DNA from: the human T2T-CHM13v2.0 reference genome, Homo sapiens
Length of the DNA stretch: 64,000 bases
Assembly: GCF_009914755.1 (NCBI RefSeq)
Contig: NC_060928.1
Direction: 5' to 3' (one strand)
Below, in pieces: positions 42,770 to 56,711 of this stretch; the stretch's first letter is position 1, and every line of letters begins with the position of its first letter. The position numbers were made by a program, and so were the translations under genes. The notes under the pieces were generated by a model. The model did no database searches. It was not told where the DNA came from and was given only the letters and a program-made list of their open reading frames with translations.

Positions 42770-43450
42770 AATCAATAAAAGTACTTACAGTAAACCAAGT
42801 GTTATCCTAGTTACTTGGCCTACCAAATGAATGAGAAATAGTTCTTTATCTCAAATAATTTACCATGTTATATACAGACAATATAGACAATCTAGGAATA
42901 AGTATGTGTTGAACTAAAATGCACTATAATAAATCAAATTGATGAAGCATATGAACCAAAAATTATTTACACCTCTTAAAGCAATTGAAGGTTTAAAAGT
43001 CATAATGCGTGATCTGATTCTTAAAGGCTAAGTAAAATTCCATTGGGCATAACAATGACAGCTGAGGGACAAGTGCATGTAGATGTGTATGAAATTGATG
43101 GGACTTAGCATTTCAGACAAGAATTAATATGATAAAGTATAAGGTACTTGGAAAAATATTGAAAAGATAAATTCAGGACACACTATGAAGGATCTTGCAT
43201 GGCTTCATAAAGGAGCTTGGTATTTATTCTGAAAGTAATGCAGACTACATGGGTAAGTTTAGGATTGAAGAGAGAGTAATAGTAATAACTATATCTCTAT
43301 ATCTGGAAAACCACCTACAACTGGAAATGTTATCCATTGACATGTTCCAGAAAGGAGATAAAGACAGAGTTTAACCATAGCAGAATTGTTGTATTGGATA
43401 AGGCAAGAAATAGTGAGACTTAGAACGAAGGTTAAAAGGCCTATTACAGA
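42770..43450 (-). mobile_element. L2 3' fragment
   Basis: gaaggatcttgcatggcttcataaaggagcttggtatttattctgaaagtaatg is L2-like. Confidence 0.55.
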
Positions 43451-43639
43451 CCAGATGGGGGCTAGAATAGGCAAAGCTAAGAAAGTTATGTCTTGTTTAT
43501 TTCTCAATCATATTATATTCAGTGTGGCCCAGGTTAGCAGAGTGGCTCTGATCTATGAAGTCTTTCAGGGACCTGGGTGTCTTACATATTGTTGTTCCAC
43601 TATTCTTTACAGTGTAGTAATCATTGTTTGCCTATTTGA

Positions 43640-45095
43640 AGCTGATTACATAAACAAAAGAAAAGCAGAATTTAAAGATTTGGAAAATTATCAGCCTGGC
43701 CATATTGTAAAGGATGAGAAAATGTTTTCAGAAAAGAACATCAAGGATATGGCCGAGTGTTTGGTGAGATTAGTATGGAGAGAAGGAAGCCAGATGTTAT
43801 TCATCAAGAAAATAAAAGAATGACACTGGAGGCATTTCGGAGCTCTCTGGGGCTGCCCCACCCATCACCATCCAGAATGCCAAGGGTTTGCTGGCAACAT
43901 AATTTCAAGGCACTGCTTCTGTATTTTGGTATAAGACTTTTTGGCTCCTGCAATTGTGGCTCAGGTGAGCCCATGTTCTACTCAGGCCACCCCTCTGGAA
44001 GGCACAGGTGGTAAACCATGGCAGCATTATGTATTGCCATCTCTAGGGGTGCACAAATTGTGGGGAAATGACTAACTTCCTGTAGATTTCAAAGGATATA
44101 TTGGACAGTTGGGAGGTCCAGGCAGAGACTTACCCACTGGGGCACAGCCACCACTGAGACCACCCATTATGGCAATGCCTAGTGGAGCTGTGGGAGCAGA
44201 ACCATCACAGCAAGTCCAGACCAGAAGGTCTACCGGTGTGCAACTCCAGATTGAAGAGTCACAGGCATGACTCCCATGCCTGAGAATTGCTGTGTGGGCT
44301 ACACTCAACAAAGCAATGAGAGTGAGTCTGTCCAGAGCCATGGGGGCCCAATCCTCACCACAGTGTTTCCAGAAGGTGGTACATTGAGTCAAAGAGAATT
44401 GTTCTTAAGCCTTAAGATTTATTGTTGTTTGTCTTGTTGGGTTTTGGAATTACTTGAGATCTTTTACTTTTTTTTTTTTTAACTTCTTTCCTATTTCACC
44501 CTTTTGAAATGGAAATGTCTATATTATACCTATTCTGCCATTGTGTTTTAGAAACACATAACTTGTTTGATTTCACAGGCTCACAGCCAGAGAGAAAGCT
44601 GTCTCAAGATGAATCACACCTTGAGTTTTTCATCTCTGAATTCGATAATATTTAGATGAGTCTTTGGACTTTAGACTTAAAAGTTGATGCTGGAATGGGT
44701 TAAGAATTTGGAAGCTATTGGGATGGAATAAATGTATTTTGCATGTGAGAAGAATATGAATTTGGGGAACCCAGGGGCAGAATCCTGTGCTATTAAGCAT
44801 TCTGCTTATGATGATATTAAGAGATGGGGCTTTTGAGGGGTGATTAGGTCATGGGAGAATCGGCCTCCATGAATAGGATTAGTATTACTTACAAAAGAGG
44901 CTTGAGGGAGGCCAGCTTGTCATTCACTATGTGACAATGTATAGAAATGCCACCTATGAAAAACAGGCCCTCACTAAGAACCAAATCTGTTGGTACCTTG
45001 ATTTTGACTTTTAGCCTCCAGAACTGTGAAAAATAAGTTTCTATTGTGTATAAGTTACCCATCTAGGTATTTTGGTAAAGTAGACCTAATAGACA
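43640..45095 (+). mobile_element. MLT1A-type internal sequence plus 3' LTR (5' LTR missing)
   Basis: gcagaatttaaagatttggaaaattatcagcctggcc internal start; LTR at ~44785-45095 with caggccctcac...gcctccagaactgtga. Confidence 0.8.
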
Positions 45096-45482
45096 GCTTT
45101 TATATTTCAAACCAGCTAATTTCTATGTTTTTGTAGATAGTCCCCAAACTATTTCTACCTTTATACTCCTACAATGTCTTAAAACTTTTTTATGACTCAT
45201 TTTAGAATTTGTGTAAAATGATGCATTTATTGACTTCCGGTTTGTTAGCTTTTTGTTAGCATTTAATCTGGGAAAGAGTTCATCTGGTGTCTTTTCTATT
45301 TTTTTACTGCATAAGCTAATATTTATATTAGCTTATAAAGATTATTATTGTCTTATAACTGTGTACACATATACCTTTCAGGCTCTAACACAATTCTAGT
45401 TCCTCCGTCTGTGTCAGTGTCCTCATTCAGCTTGTAAAAGGGGAGTTCAGATCCTTAAGCAGGCACTTATGCTTGAAATTAA

Positions 45483-45797
<315 letters not shown>

Positions 45798-46439
45798 AAA
45801 AAAACCCCAATTTTTAATTACAATTAACTGTTTCAAATCTTCCCTGGATTTCATTTAAATAGTCTTCATTTCTTTTCTTTTGAGGCTGATTATTAGGAAA
45901 GAGTTTTATTTGGATAAGCAAATTAATGAGAGAGTTGGAATATATTTTTATTAGAAATGTATACAAAAGCTGGAAAAAATAAGAAATGGGTATAAAGTCT
46001 AGATTAGCAAAATGCTGATTACTGATAAATACATGCACAAGAAAAGAAATTCCTCTTAGGGCCAACATTCTTGCACTGATAAAGACAAAACAAATTTAGA
46101 AGCCTAATAAACTATAGATAACACATTATAAAGTTGGATTTTCCACACAACAAACGCTTAAAAATAATTGCACACACACACACAGACACTAAATCACATG
46201 GCAGATGATTTGATAAAATTATTGCCCCAGTGATTGCATTATCCATTTAGGTAACATAAATTATTGTTTATCATTTTTCTAGGACCAGTTAGATTACAAT
46301 CTCTTTCAGATTAGCAATCTTTTGGGGTTAAATTGTATAACTTTAAAGAAGACCATATTTAGGGTGCTTTCCCACAAGAATCCTGTGGGTAATGTAAGAC
46401 ACAAGTTATGGTGGAAAAAAAAAAGTTTTAAAGGTACAC

Positions 46440-47160
46440 ATTTTACCTCCACTTCTTGCCTTTTAGGATGGTTATGATAAAAAAAAAAGAAGGAAAATAT
46501 CAAGTGTTGGTGTATTACTGGCGGAATGTAAAATGGTACAGCTGCTGGGGGAAAGTTTGGTGTTCTTCAAAATGTTAGAAAATTACCACATGATTTAGCA
46601 ATTCTCTGCACATACCCCAAATAAATATATATATACACGTACACAGAATTGAAAGCAGGGAGTAAAACATACTTTGTATACTACTGTTCATATAAACTTT
46701 ATTCAAATAGACAAATGATGAAAATAACAAAGTGTCCACCCAGAGATGACTGGATAGACAAAGTGTGGTATATACATACAATTATATGTTATTCAGCCTT
46801 AAGACAGAATGACATTCTGATACAGGCTACAACACAGATGAACCTTGAAATCATCAGACAAAGCTAAATAGATTAGTTGCAAAAGAGCTAATATGTATAA
46901 TTCTACTTATATGAGGTACCTGAAATTGACAAATTCATAGAGACATAAAATATAATAGCAGTTACCAGGGGCTAGAGGAAAGGGAATACGGAGTTATTAT
47001 TTAATGGATACAGGGTTTCTATTTGGGTTGATGAAAAGTTCTAAAGATGAATATTGGCGATGGTTGTACAACATCGTGAATGTAAATAATGGAGCTGAAT
47101 TATACACTTAAAGCTGTTTAAAATGGTAAATTGTACATGTTATTACAATAAAATGATAAA
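46440..47160 (+). mobile_element. L1MB-class 3' end
   Basis: gaatgtaaaatggtacagctgc; 3'UTR ggatacagggtttctatttgggttgatgaaaagttct...gctgaattatacacttaaa. Confidence 0.85.
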
Positions 47161-47284
47161 AGTGCATTTTTTATAAAGAATATTTCTTTAAGATGCAAAT
47201 ACAATTAAGAATGCAATGATTAACTGTCATTATACAGCAGTTTAAAAATCTGAAGGGTACCTACTATACAAAATGTTACTTAAC

Positions 47285-47545
47285 GGCTGGGCACGGTGGG
47301 TCATGCCTGTAATCCCAGCACTTTGGGAGGCTGAGGTGGGGCGATCACAAGGTCAGGAGTTCGAGACCATCCTGGCCAATATGGTGAAACCCCGTCTCCA
47401 CTAAAAATACTAAATAAATTAGCTGGGCATGGTGGCACGTGCCTCTAGTCCCAGCTACTCAGGAGGCTGAGGCAGGAGAATCGCTTGAACCTGGGAGGCC
47501 TGAGTGACAGAGTGAGACTCCCTCTCAAAAAAAAAAAAGAAAGAA
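47285..47545 (+). mobile_element. AluS (Sg/Sc-type) with ~40-bp right-arm deletion
   Basis: gaacctgggaggc joined directly to ctgagtgacagag; TSD core gttacttaa on both sides. Confidence 0.92.
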
Positions 47546-50524
47546 GTTACTTAAAATTCTATTTAGTCACAAAAATCCACTGTAAACCTTTTATTTATAC
47601 ATACTTGCATAAAAATTGGTATTCAAAATGCATACCCATTTCCTTACAACCATCCAAAAATATATTTTAAAATTAGCCTATTTTTCATGAAACCTTTATT
47701 AATTTTTTTTGAGATGAAAACATTAAGATATTTTAATATCTTATTATACTTATTTTGAAGTTTGTTTCCTGGCTTGTAGTATTTCTTTCTTAGTATTAAG
47801 TATCTTAGTTGAATGGAACATCAAGAGATTTTTAACACCATGAAATAACTTTCTGAGGAGTCCTGTTGATACATTGTTATAATTTGCCTCACCCCTGTCT
47901 ATTCTGGGTCACATCATCAACTAGTCATTGAGAGCAGAAGAATATATCATCATCATTATTCTATTGCCTGGATGGATCAGTTCATTACTGTCCCAGATAA
48001 ACCATTTTCTGCTTTTTAAGTGTTGTCCACATAAAGGGTTATAACCATGGAGAGGGCAAAGAACATGATAGAGTACCATAACTAAAGGGCTTCTGAGGGG
48101 GAGCCCTGGGGTATTCTGTTACCAGGATCAATTAGAATAACAAGTGATGCACAAAACTAGATCACAAAAAAAATATTGGCCAAGAATGTAATAAGACAGA
48201 GAAACTTACCAATGAGAGTACCCAACTAGAAGGTCTGTAACAGGAAGGACACGGCTGTCGGAAATGGTCATCAATTGTCAGTATGAATTAAATAGCAATG
48301 GTAGTGATGTGAGGCTGGATGAAGCAATGGCTTAAGTCTCTTCAAGACCAGGCAGTGATAGATCCTTGAATGACCTATTAACTATGGTGGTGGCAAAGCC
48401 AAATTTATAACTACAGAAAGCAATATGGTTATACATAGCAAGAGTTGTACATTTAGACCTAGGAATTCTATCTTAAGGGATTTATTCTGGGGAAGTAATT
48501 TGAGACAAGGAAACCAAATTTTCTTTTTAAATTATGTTAATGTCAGCACCATTAATTACAGAGAAACAAAATGAGAAATAGAGAAACATTTTGGTGGATT
48601 TTGGAACCTCAAAAAAATTGGGATATTATTTAGGACATAAATTCATAAAAGCGAAAGTTCAAAAGTACTATTGTGGAAACCATATAGACATGTACAGAAT
48701 GGTTAGCATAATATTAAGTGACTACAAGTACATTAAATGTTATTTTTGAGGCATTTTCTGCCACTTAACATGGGATGTTGTTACAAGGAACTAAAAACTT
48801 TAAAGCTGTGTTATAATATTGGCATATCTTTACAAATGTCTTTCATGTCACCTTGAGAATATATGTGCGTGCATATAAGTATGTATTTTATGTATATATA
48901 TACATGTAAATAGTTTGACATATAAAATAATGTATAAAACATAAAATAGTCTTAATCTCTTTATACATACGATAATCAAAACTATTTTCTTATAAAGTTT
49001 ACACTCACAATTACAATGGATAACTTTTTCTAATTATAACAATGTATGATTTAGAATTAGGATTCCTTGTTACCATATCTACAAGAAACCTCCAACCTAA
49101 TTACAATTGCAACAACAAAAAAAGATTCCTTAAAAATACATGGGTAGTTTTCAGCAGTCATTGCTGACATGAAACAAATGGAGAAGAGCAAATCATGTTA
49201 TGGCCTTGGACAAAACAACATAGGTTCACTTGCTTGACCCAGGAGCCTAGATTCCCTTGTTCTAGCCAGGCTCATCTGATATGTTCTAGACAATTTTCTT
49301 ACCTAGTATGTATGAGAGTATCTGAGGAACGAAGCCATCTATGGTTTTCAGTGATCTGTCTTCCAAACAGGTTGTGAAATAAAAGAAAGTTTGCACCTAA
49401 ATTGCTAGAATCACCCGAAAATGTCATTTTTAATTGGATAGGAATTATGCAGTCAGGTATGACAAGAAGGAAGGGGTTATCATGAGCTAATAATTTGACA
49501 GAAATGCAGCCCCATGCTTCTAATCCCTCCAGAGCGTTATCTCATGATTACCAAACACCCTACTTAGATATGCCTTATTAGTTTCTCTTTTGGATATCTT
49601 TATTCTTAGAAAACCATACTGCAGTGTGCTAGAATGTGATGATGTTAGCACTTTAAAATATGAGCAGCTGCTTCAGCCGAACTAGTCGCTCACAAAAATT
49701 AATCTGCCCTTTACATTAATCTGTGGACCAATCAAAATGTTTTCTTAATCCTAGGAGTTTAATAATGTAGTCTAAATCAGTCTGGTCCAGGTGCCTTGCG
49801 CTGCCTAAAGGAAAAGTAACAAGAAAATTTAATCTGAAGATTATTAAGTATTTTTGGTTGGTACTGGCTGGTATCACCTAGCAACTATAGAACATACTGA
49901 ATAAATCTAACAAATAGCAACTCTTCCTTCCTGTTACCTCAGATAAAATATTTAGGAGAAAGTAAGTATGCATACTAATGGCAGTAAAGAAGATGATAAG
50001 ACACTAGAATTTTAGGAAGACAAAACCTTTGCAATAACAACTTGTGGCCACTCCTATTACTAGGATGATAGTTGGCTGAATAACGTTTATAAAAGCAGAA
50101 GTTCAAAAGATGGCTTGGAGGTTATAGTCTATGATACAGATGCACAGTTTTGAAAACTGAAGAAACACAGTCTAGGCCAGAAGTAAATGAACTCGGTTAA
50201 GTAATCTACTGTCCAGGCATTGTAATTGGTCAGGTTTGCAGAGAAGGACAAAGCAAACAGCTTAAAATTTTATCACGTAATTGGGTAGGTTATGGGTACA
50301 TCATTTACATATGTTATCTTCATAATATTTTGCCAGATAGCAGTTTGTGCAAGTTCAGATTTCTAAGACTAATGAGAATTCCCTTTTATAAGGTGAATGA
50401 GGAAAATGAGTGGGGTCTGGAAGGAAAACAATTACATTGGTTACTCAGAACCAATTCTCCAGCATTATTCTCAATTGTAAAAGTTTAAAAGGAAGTTTAC
50501 CTTTGAAAATAAAAATTGAGTCTC

Positions 50525-51880
50525 CTCTGCTTCCAGCCATGAAAGATTAACTGGTAACAAACCTGCCCTCCCAATTGTAAACGTTTTAAAACTGGGGAAA
50601 AAATGTTAAGAAATAATATCGAGGTGTTGAACAGTAGATGGTAAAGAATTGTGATCTTTGGGAGAAGGACAATACAAAAAGTGAGCCCCATGATCAAACC
50701 CACAAGATGCCCAAGTTTCTATTTTGGAGAACTTTTCTGACAAAGAACAAGGAAGTGACACATTGGTCTCAACAAGTTGAGAGAGCAGAGTTCAGAATTC
50801 TGAGCCACGGAAGTGGCCAGAATTTGTGGGAGGAGATAACTGAAAAGAAGGGGCTGCAGGGAAGATAGATCACAGAAGTTTGTGTGGACATTCAGCAAGG
50901 GTTCTTGGATAAGGGTCAAGGGGCATATGCGCAGAGTAAAGTGTTAAGGGCTTAAAAGAGATCACCTGTTACAGAAAATGTGCAAAACTGGGAGACACTG
51001 AAGTGGTTATGATACAACCAGAAAGGAGAAATCTAACAACCCCAGGTATTCAGCTGAGACCTTCAAAGAGCCATAACCTAGAGATAAAGAAAATAACCAA
51101 GAGTAAGGACACATTCTAGTACTCAGTTCAAACTCTAAGTGGATATGAACTGACAGAGAACAAAACCAAGCCTGGTTACATCAGAAGATACCACCTCTAA
51201 TTTCACTGCGTGCCAGAACAAAGTTGAATACCTCTTAAAAGAAGAGGTCATAACTAATCCATGATGAACAGCATACAATAGAAAACTAGTAGACATGGTC
51301 AAAATATTACCCATCACTAAAAGAGAAAACATTTAATAAAAGTGACATTACGATATCTGAGATTTTATAATTACCAGTGCCATGCTGGATCCCTATTAAC
51401 TTCAAAAGGGATAGTACCAGGTTCAAGAGGTCAAATAATAGATCCAGAGCCAGTAAATGAAACATAGGTTTTATTCAAGGGAACTTACTTACAAGCCAGT
51501 CTGGTAGCAGTAGGCTGGACAGGAGAATTGCCACTGCTTGCAAAAAGCCTGCAGTTTACATAGCGCCCTCACTTAACATACTACCTACTAGCAACCTCCA
51601 CGTGGCAATCCTCATTTCTTAAGTTATTGCTGTCAATCACATCTGCCATATAGGGTATGCTTAGGTTGTTGCTGTGAGGAGTATCCTCCACATAGGATCA
51701 TTCTCAGGGTATGCTTAAGTTTTTGCTGTCAGGTGGTTCTACCATACAACAATCTTTTTAGATTTTTAAAATCTAAAAAGGATTTTAAAGCAAATATTAT
51801 AAACTTGTTCAAGGACACAAAGAAAAATATGACAGAAATAAATAACACATGGAAAATTTCAAGTAAATAAATTCTACCTT
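50525..51880 (+). mobile_element. Ancient L1 5'UTR/ORF1-start region, split by an LTR
   Basis: cttccagccatgaaagattaactggtaac...; gattttaaagcaaatattataaacttgttcaagga is an ORF1-start-like motif. Confidence 0.55.
51378..51748 (-). mobile_element. Solo LTR47-like (ERVL)
   Basis: Minus strand starts tgtatggtagaaccacctgacagcaaaaacttaagcataccctgagaatga; three internal gacagcaataacttaag-like repeats. Confidence 0.7.
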
Positions 51881-51899
51881 TTGATGGGAAAATAGGAAT

Positions 51900-52560
51900 T
51901 AATTTGCAAACACTTTAATCCAACATAGACTAAGTATAGTATGTCATTTTCTTTCTGTCTGCTTTTATTACTCTTTCCTTAACTTTGATTTGCAATAGTT
52001 TGACAATGATGTGCTTTGGTGTAGTTTCCTTTGTATTTATTCTGCCATGCTTATTCTTAACCGCAAGTTTGTAATCTGATTTTGTTCTTATTTCCCCCGT
52101 GTTTTTTTTAAATCTCTCTATGAACACTTTTAGGATGTTCTTTTTTAACTGGCTATTCTAAAATTTTATGATAGTATGTCCTTTAGCTATCATCCTGAGC
52201 ATTTGTTGGAACCTTTTAATCTATAAATGCACAGTTCTGTGTTCTGAAAAAAAAAAACAAAACATCGAATTGTTTATTCCTCCTCCATCTTTCATACCCT
52301 CATTCTGTAATTCCTGTTTTTCAGTTTCTATAACATCTGGGCAGAGTCTGTATTTGTAAATAATTTTTGTTTTCTATTAATATTTTTGGTATTTCTAATC
52401 TACTTTCTGAGAAAAGTCTTCAATTTTAACTTCAACTCTCAGTATTCATCTGATTTTTAAATTGATGTTAATACATATTAATTTCAAGGCATAATTTTGT
52501 TCTCTGAATTTTTCTTTTAGAGATAACTCCTTGTTTTACGGATACAAACTATTGAAAAGC
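51900..52560 (-). mobile_element. L1 ORF1 fragment
   Basis: ORF 51930-52127 contains RINTKETTPKHIIVKLLQIKVKERVIKADRKK, an L1 ORF1p motif (cf. PRHIIVKLLK.KDKEKILKAAR). Confidence 0.75.
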
Positions 52561-52890
52561 ATGATTGACTATGCTTTAAAATGACTGTACCATAAGTCGC
52601 AGATCCCCACTTTTCTTCAAGATATTCTTTGGGGCTGGTTTTACCGACTAGATAAAATTCTTCCAATGTCCTCCCCGGAAGACAAACGAGGCTGCCAGCC
52701 TGCTAAAATCAATAGGGAAATGGAAGAGGTAGGGGCTCTTACCATTTTCTGCTTTCAGAAAATTATCACTGATTCTAACTATTCCTGTTGTTTCCTAGTC
52801 CAGATTCCTAATGGTCTGTCTTCTCAGAATTGTAATTTCCAGGTTCCTTTCAGGGAAGCAAAAAAACAGTTTCATGGCTGCATTTGATGT

Positions 52891-53245
52891 TGTATTAGTT
52901 CAGGCTGCTGTAACAAAGTGGTGTAGAGTAGGTGGTTTATAAACAACAGAAATTTATTTTTCACAGTTTTGGAGGCTGGAAATCTGAGATTAGAGTGCCA
53001 CGTGGTTTGTTCTGCTGAGAGCCGTCTTCTGGGTAGCAGACTGCTGACATCTTATATCTTTACATGGTGGAAAGGGCAAGTAAATTCCTTGAGACCTCAT
53101 TTATAAGCTCACTAATTCCACCCATAAGTACTCTAAACTTATGACCTAATAACCTCTCAGAGACTCCACCACCTAATACCGTCACATTGAAGGTTAGGAT
53201 TTCAAGATATGAATTTTGGCAAGATACAAGCAATCAGTCGTAACA
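52891..53245 (-). mobile_element. Solo MLT1A0-like LTR
   Basis: tgtattagttcaggctgctgtaacaaa...aacaacagaaatttatttttcacagttttggaggctgg...cagtcgtaaca. Confidence 0.85.
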
Positions 53246-53452
53246 GGTGACATAGTGCAACTTCAGGTCTAATTGCCTCTTGCCTGAATTGACAAACAGT
53301 GCTCCTAAATGCTTCAAGTGCAAACCACATTTTAGATTACTTGTCATTGCTAATTCCTGAACCCTTGTGCCATTCTCAGGTCTACAGTGGGCTAGTCTGA
53401 GCTTCTTCCACTCTAAGCTTAAGTTCAGTTTTGCAAGTCTATGGATTTATAT

Positions 53453-53655
53453 CAGCAGATGGCAAACCATGACATGACTGTTACCTATCTCTTTTGGTAA
53501 ATAAAGTTATTAGAACATAGATGTGCTCATTCATTGTTGTGTTGCCTGTGGCTGCTTTCACACTACAATGACAAAATTGAGTGGTTATGACAGAGACTGT
53601 GTGGGCCACAGGCCAAATTATCTGAATCTTTACAGAAAGTATTTGCCAACCCCTG
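53453..53655 (+). mobile_element. MER58A hAT-Charlie MITE
   Basis: gtaaataaagttattagaaca...tggctgctttcacactacaa...tttacagaaagtatttgccaacccctg, followed by the hAT-type target gtctagag. Confidence 0.85.
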
Positions 53656-54509
53656 GTCTAGAGTGCTATTTACTTATGCATCCATATCATAGCCTCCAAA
53701 ACTTCATTCTTAATGGTTCTTCTTACCTGCTATTTTTGATCTCGTGATTCATTTTGTTAACCCTTTAATATTGTTTGTGCAGATTTCAGATTGGAGGAGA
53801 GTTAAGCATGAGGGTCCAGTTCACCAATTGTAACTGAAGGCTCCAACCACTCTTCTTTGTCATCAATACCTAAATCAGTCACTTTATCAGGATAATTTGT
53901 TTTAGTGAACAGCAAAAGCAGGTCTGTTTCAATGCCAAACCACAAAGGATTTCCACATCCTTTTATCATTTTTGTTTCTATACATGGGTATTAGATATTG
54001 ATTAATATCTATTGATATCTCCTGGGCATTAAAGTTTTCCATGCTACTGTAGATTTCACCATTTATAAAGGAAAGCAACATGAAACATTATAAGATGCTG
54101 ATGCTAATTTTATATGCTCTCATCTAGCAATCATTTATGGAACATCATATATGCAGTTGCCATTGTGTTCAGTCTTAGAACACTAAGAATAGCAGTAACA
54201 ATAATAATTGTTATTATATAAAAGATACGTTCACTGCCCTTACAAAATGTAGCATGGTAAGGAATATTGAAATTTAAAAAATATTTCAAATCACTGTGAC
54301 ACGATCTATTATAGAAGTAAGAACAGCTCAAATGCAGAGGATACTTGTCTGTGATCATCATACAAAGCTTTATATTGAATGATAAAATTTTGACACTCAG
54401 AGCAGAAAGAGTATTCTTGCCAAGAGGCAAATATAAAATATAAGCATATTTTCTAGGACAAATATAAAATATAACAAATATAAAGAATAAGGTAAGTTTC
54501 AAAGTATTG

Positions 54510-54690
54510 GAACACACATTTCCACCATTATCTATCTGTGCAATGTTTGGTAAGTTATTTAACCTCTTTAAGCTTTAGTTTTCAGAATTTAGTTTTCAGC
54601 TTTAAGAATTATGTGAAATAATGCACTTGATAGATTTAACAGAATTCCTGGCACACAACAAATGCTTAGCAAAGGTTAGTTGTTTATGTT
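54510..54690 (+). mobile_element. MIR
   Basis: ggtaagttatttaacctctttaagctttagtttt core and cctggcacacaacaaatgctt 3' end. Confidence 0.75.
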
Positions 54691-54977
54691 GTTGTTACGA
54701 ATTATCCTGAGGCAGTAATATTTTAGTAATAATTAATATATAACAATATTTCAAGCACAATGGCACTGTTGGTGAGAGATGTTTCGGAAAGGAGTTAATT
54801 TCTAATCATCCTGCAAATCACAGAATATAGAAAACTAATTACTTTTTTTTCAAACAAATCCAACTGGGACTAATAAAGGATGACTCATAATTGGACTTTC
54901 TTGGGTTTGAATTAGGATCACTGAATTCATGTTCATCCAAATTATTTCTACAATTTTTCTTAAAGATCAATAATCCA

Positions 54978-55050
54978 ACATGCATACACACATACATGCA
55001 TGCACACATACACACACACGCACACACACACGCACACACACACACACATA
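54978..55050. repeat. Compound (CA)n/(CATA)n microsatellite
   Basis: Directly visible. Confidence 0.95.
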
Positions 55051-55461
55051 CTAGATATATCTTGGCTAGCACTTGGGTAGCATTACTTGAAGGGAATATA
55101 TCAATATATTTTCCCTAACTGCTATGATAACTGATGTTTTCTTTCACTTCGCTTGTATTTTTTATGAGAGAAAAAATTTTACAATATCGCTTAGAATTGA
55201 TTGTTAAAAAGGCAACATTGCGACATTTATTGATGTACAAGTAGGTGAAAATAAAAAATAATATGTGACATAATTTAGTACACTGTTGCTTCAAATATTT
55301 TGTCTCCTACCTTATTATTCATTAATAGTGACTGGAGATCTGGCATACTTCTAGAATTTTGATTAGTATGATGTTTAGAACTATGGTATGCCTAGTTAAA
55401 AACAGTAAGTGAATGGCTCTTTTTTGATCGCTTTAATAATCTACTGGAAGCATGCAGAATT

Positions 55462-55490
55462 TTGTTGTCGTTGTTGTTGTTGTTGTTGTT
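55462..55490. repeat. (GTT)n microsatellite
   Basis: Directly visible. Confidence 0.9.
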
Positions 55491-56711
55491 TCAGGACCCA
55501 TGGAAACAATCACAGGCCCTTGAGATTCGAGTGTCTTTAATCTTGCACATTAGGTGCCCATGTTTTATATAGGCTCAATTATCCTTTGCAGTATAACCCT
55601 TGACCTAAATAGACATTTACAGAAATGTTTCAAAGGATCCTCTCTGCAAGGTATTGGAATTGCACATACTGATAATTTCCTTTGCAGAATTATTGTGACA
55701 AACACTTTTCTAAGCTTCCACTAATCTCTCTGAACATAGCACAGCATTTTACTCATATTTAAGATGAAATCTTGAACACATTCCATTTTATATAGGAGAA
55801 GTTTTAAGCCAATAGAAGGGCTCCAAACTGAGTAGATATTTAAAGATACTTAGTGTCAGTCATTGGAATGTAAACCACTGTAAGAAAAAGTTCTTTTGGC
55901 TGCTGTGAATGTCATATTGGAAGCAGACTCTGGGGCAAAGAATGCAGGACCTACAGTGGCACCAGGCTTTCAGGATAGAAAGAGTCCAGGAATGCAAAGG
56001 ATTGGGCTGGGGAGACAAATAATTTCAATGTCTAGTCCCCCGAGAGTAACTTAGAATCCTTGAGCAGGGGACTGATGAAGTTGGCAAGCTCATGCTCTGC
56101 AGACGCACGGGGAGGAGGTCATGTCCATTCGGCATTTGTGACACAGCTTTAGGGAAGTACTCATAGTGATCAGAACAGTGTAATATCATAAAATTACTTG
56201 TTCAAAAAATTCACTTTATTTATCTTTGGAGGCCCTATTTCTGCTTAGTGTTGGAAAAATTGATCTTGCTAATTCAAGATAGCTTATTCTAACCCAGGAA
56301 TTTTTTTTCCACTCAAATGTGTAATTTATGTTTAGTCCTACCCAATTTAAATTTCCAACATCAAACTTTCTCCACCTTCCTGATCTCTGAACGGCTCTAT
56401 TGCAACAAAAGCTTTCCCAGCTACTGTCAATCTAGTAGGATAGTGTTTGTGTGCGTGTGCATGTGTGGGTTTGTGTATATGTGTGCATGCATGTGTGTCT
56501 TAAAGGTATTCTTGACCTTGATCTCATCTAATCATCAATCTTGTGATAACACTGAACAGAGCTGATTTTGAAACAACTGACTCTTTCACTTTGTCCCATT
56601 CTTTTTGATGGCTCTCAGGTAATTGGCTTCCATCAGTATCACGGTGTCAGGAAACCCATAAAATCGCAGCTAACCAGTCCCTTACTCAAAGGCAGATGCC
56701 ACTCACATCTC

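Noticed and set aside
43386-43823. 145-aa ORF
   Set aside because: Crosses L2, old LTR-like and MLT1A-int boundaries, has a non-ATG start and no recognisable domain; chance read-through.
54425-54490. caaatataaaatataa repeated 2-3 times
   Set aside because: Low-complexity AT-rich slippage with no further structure.
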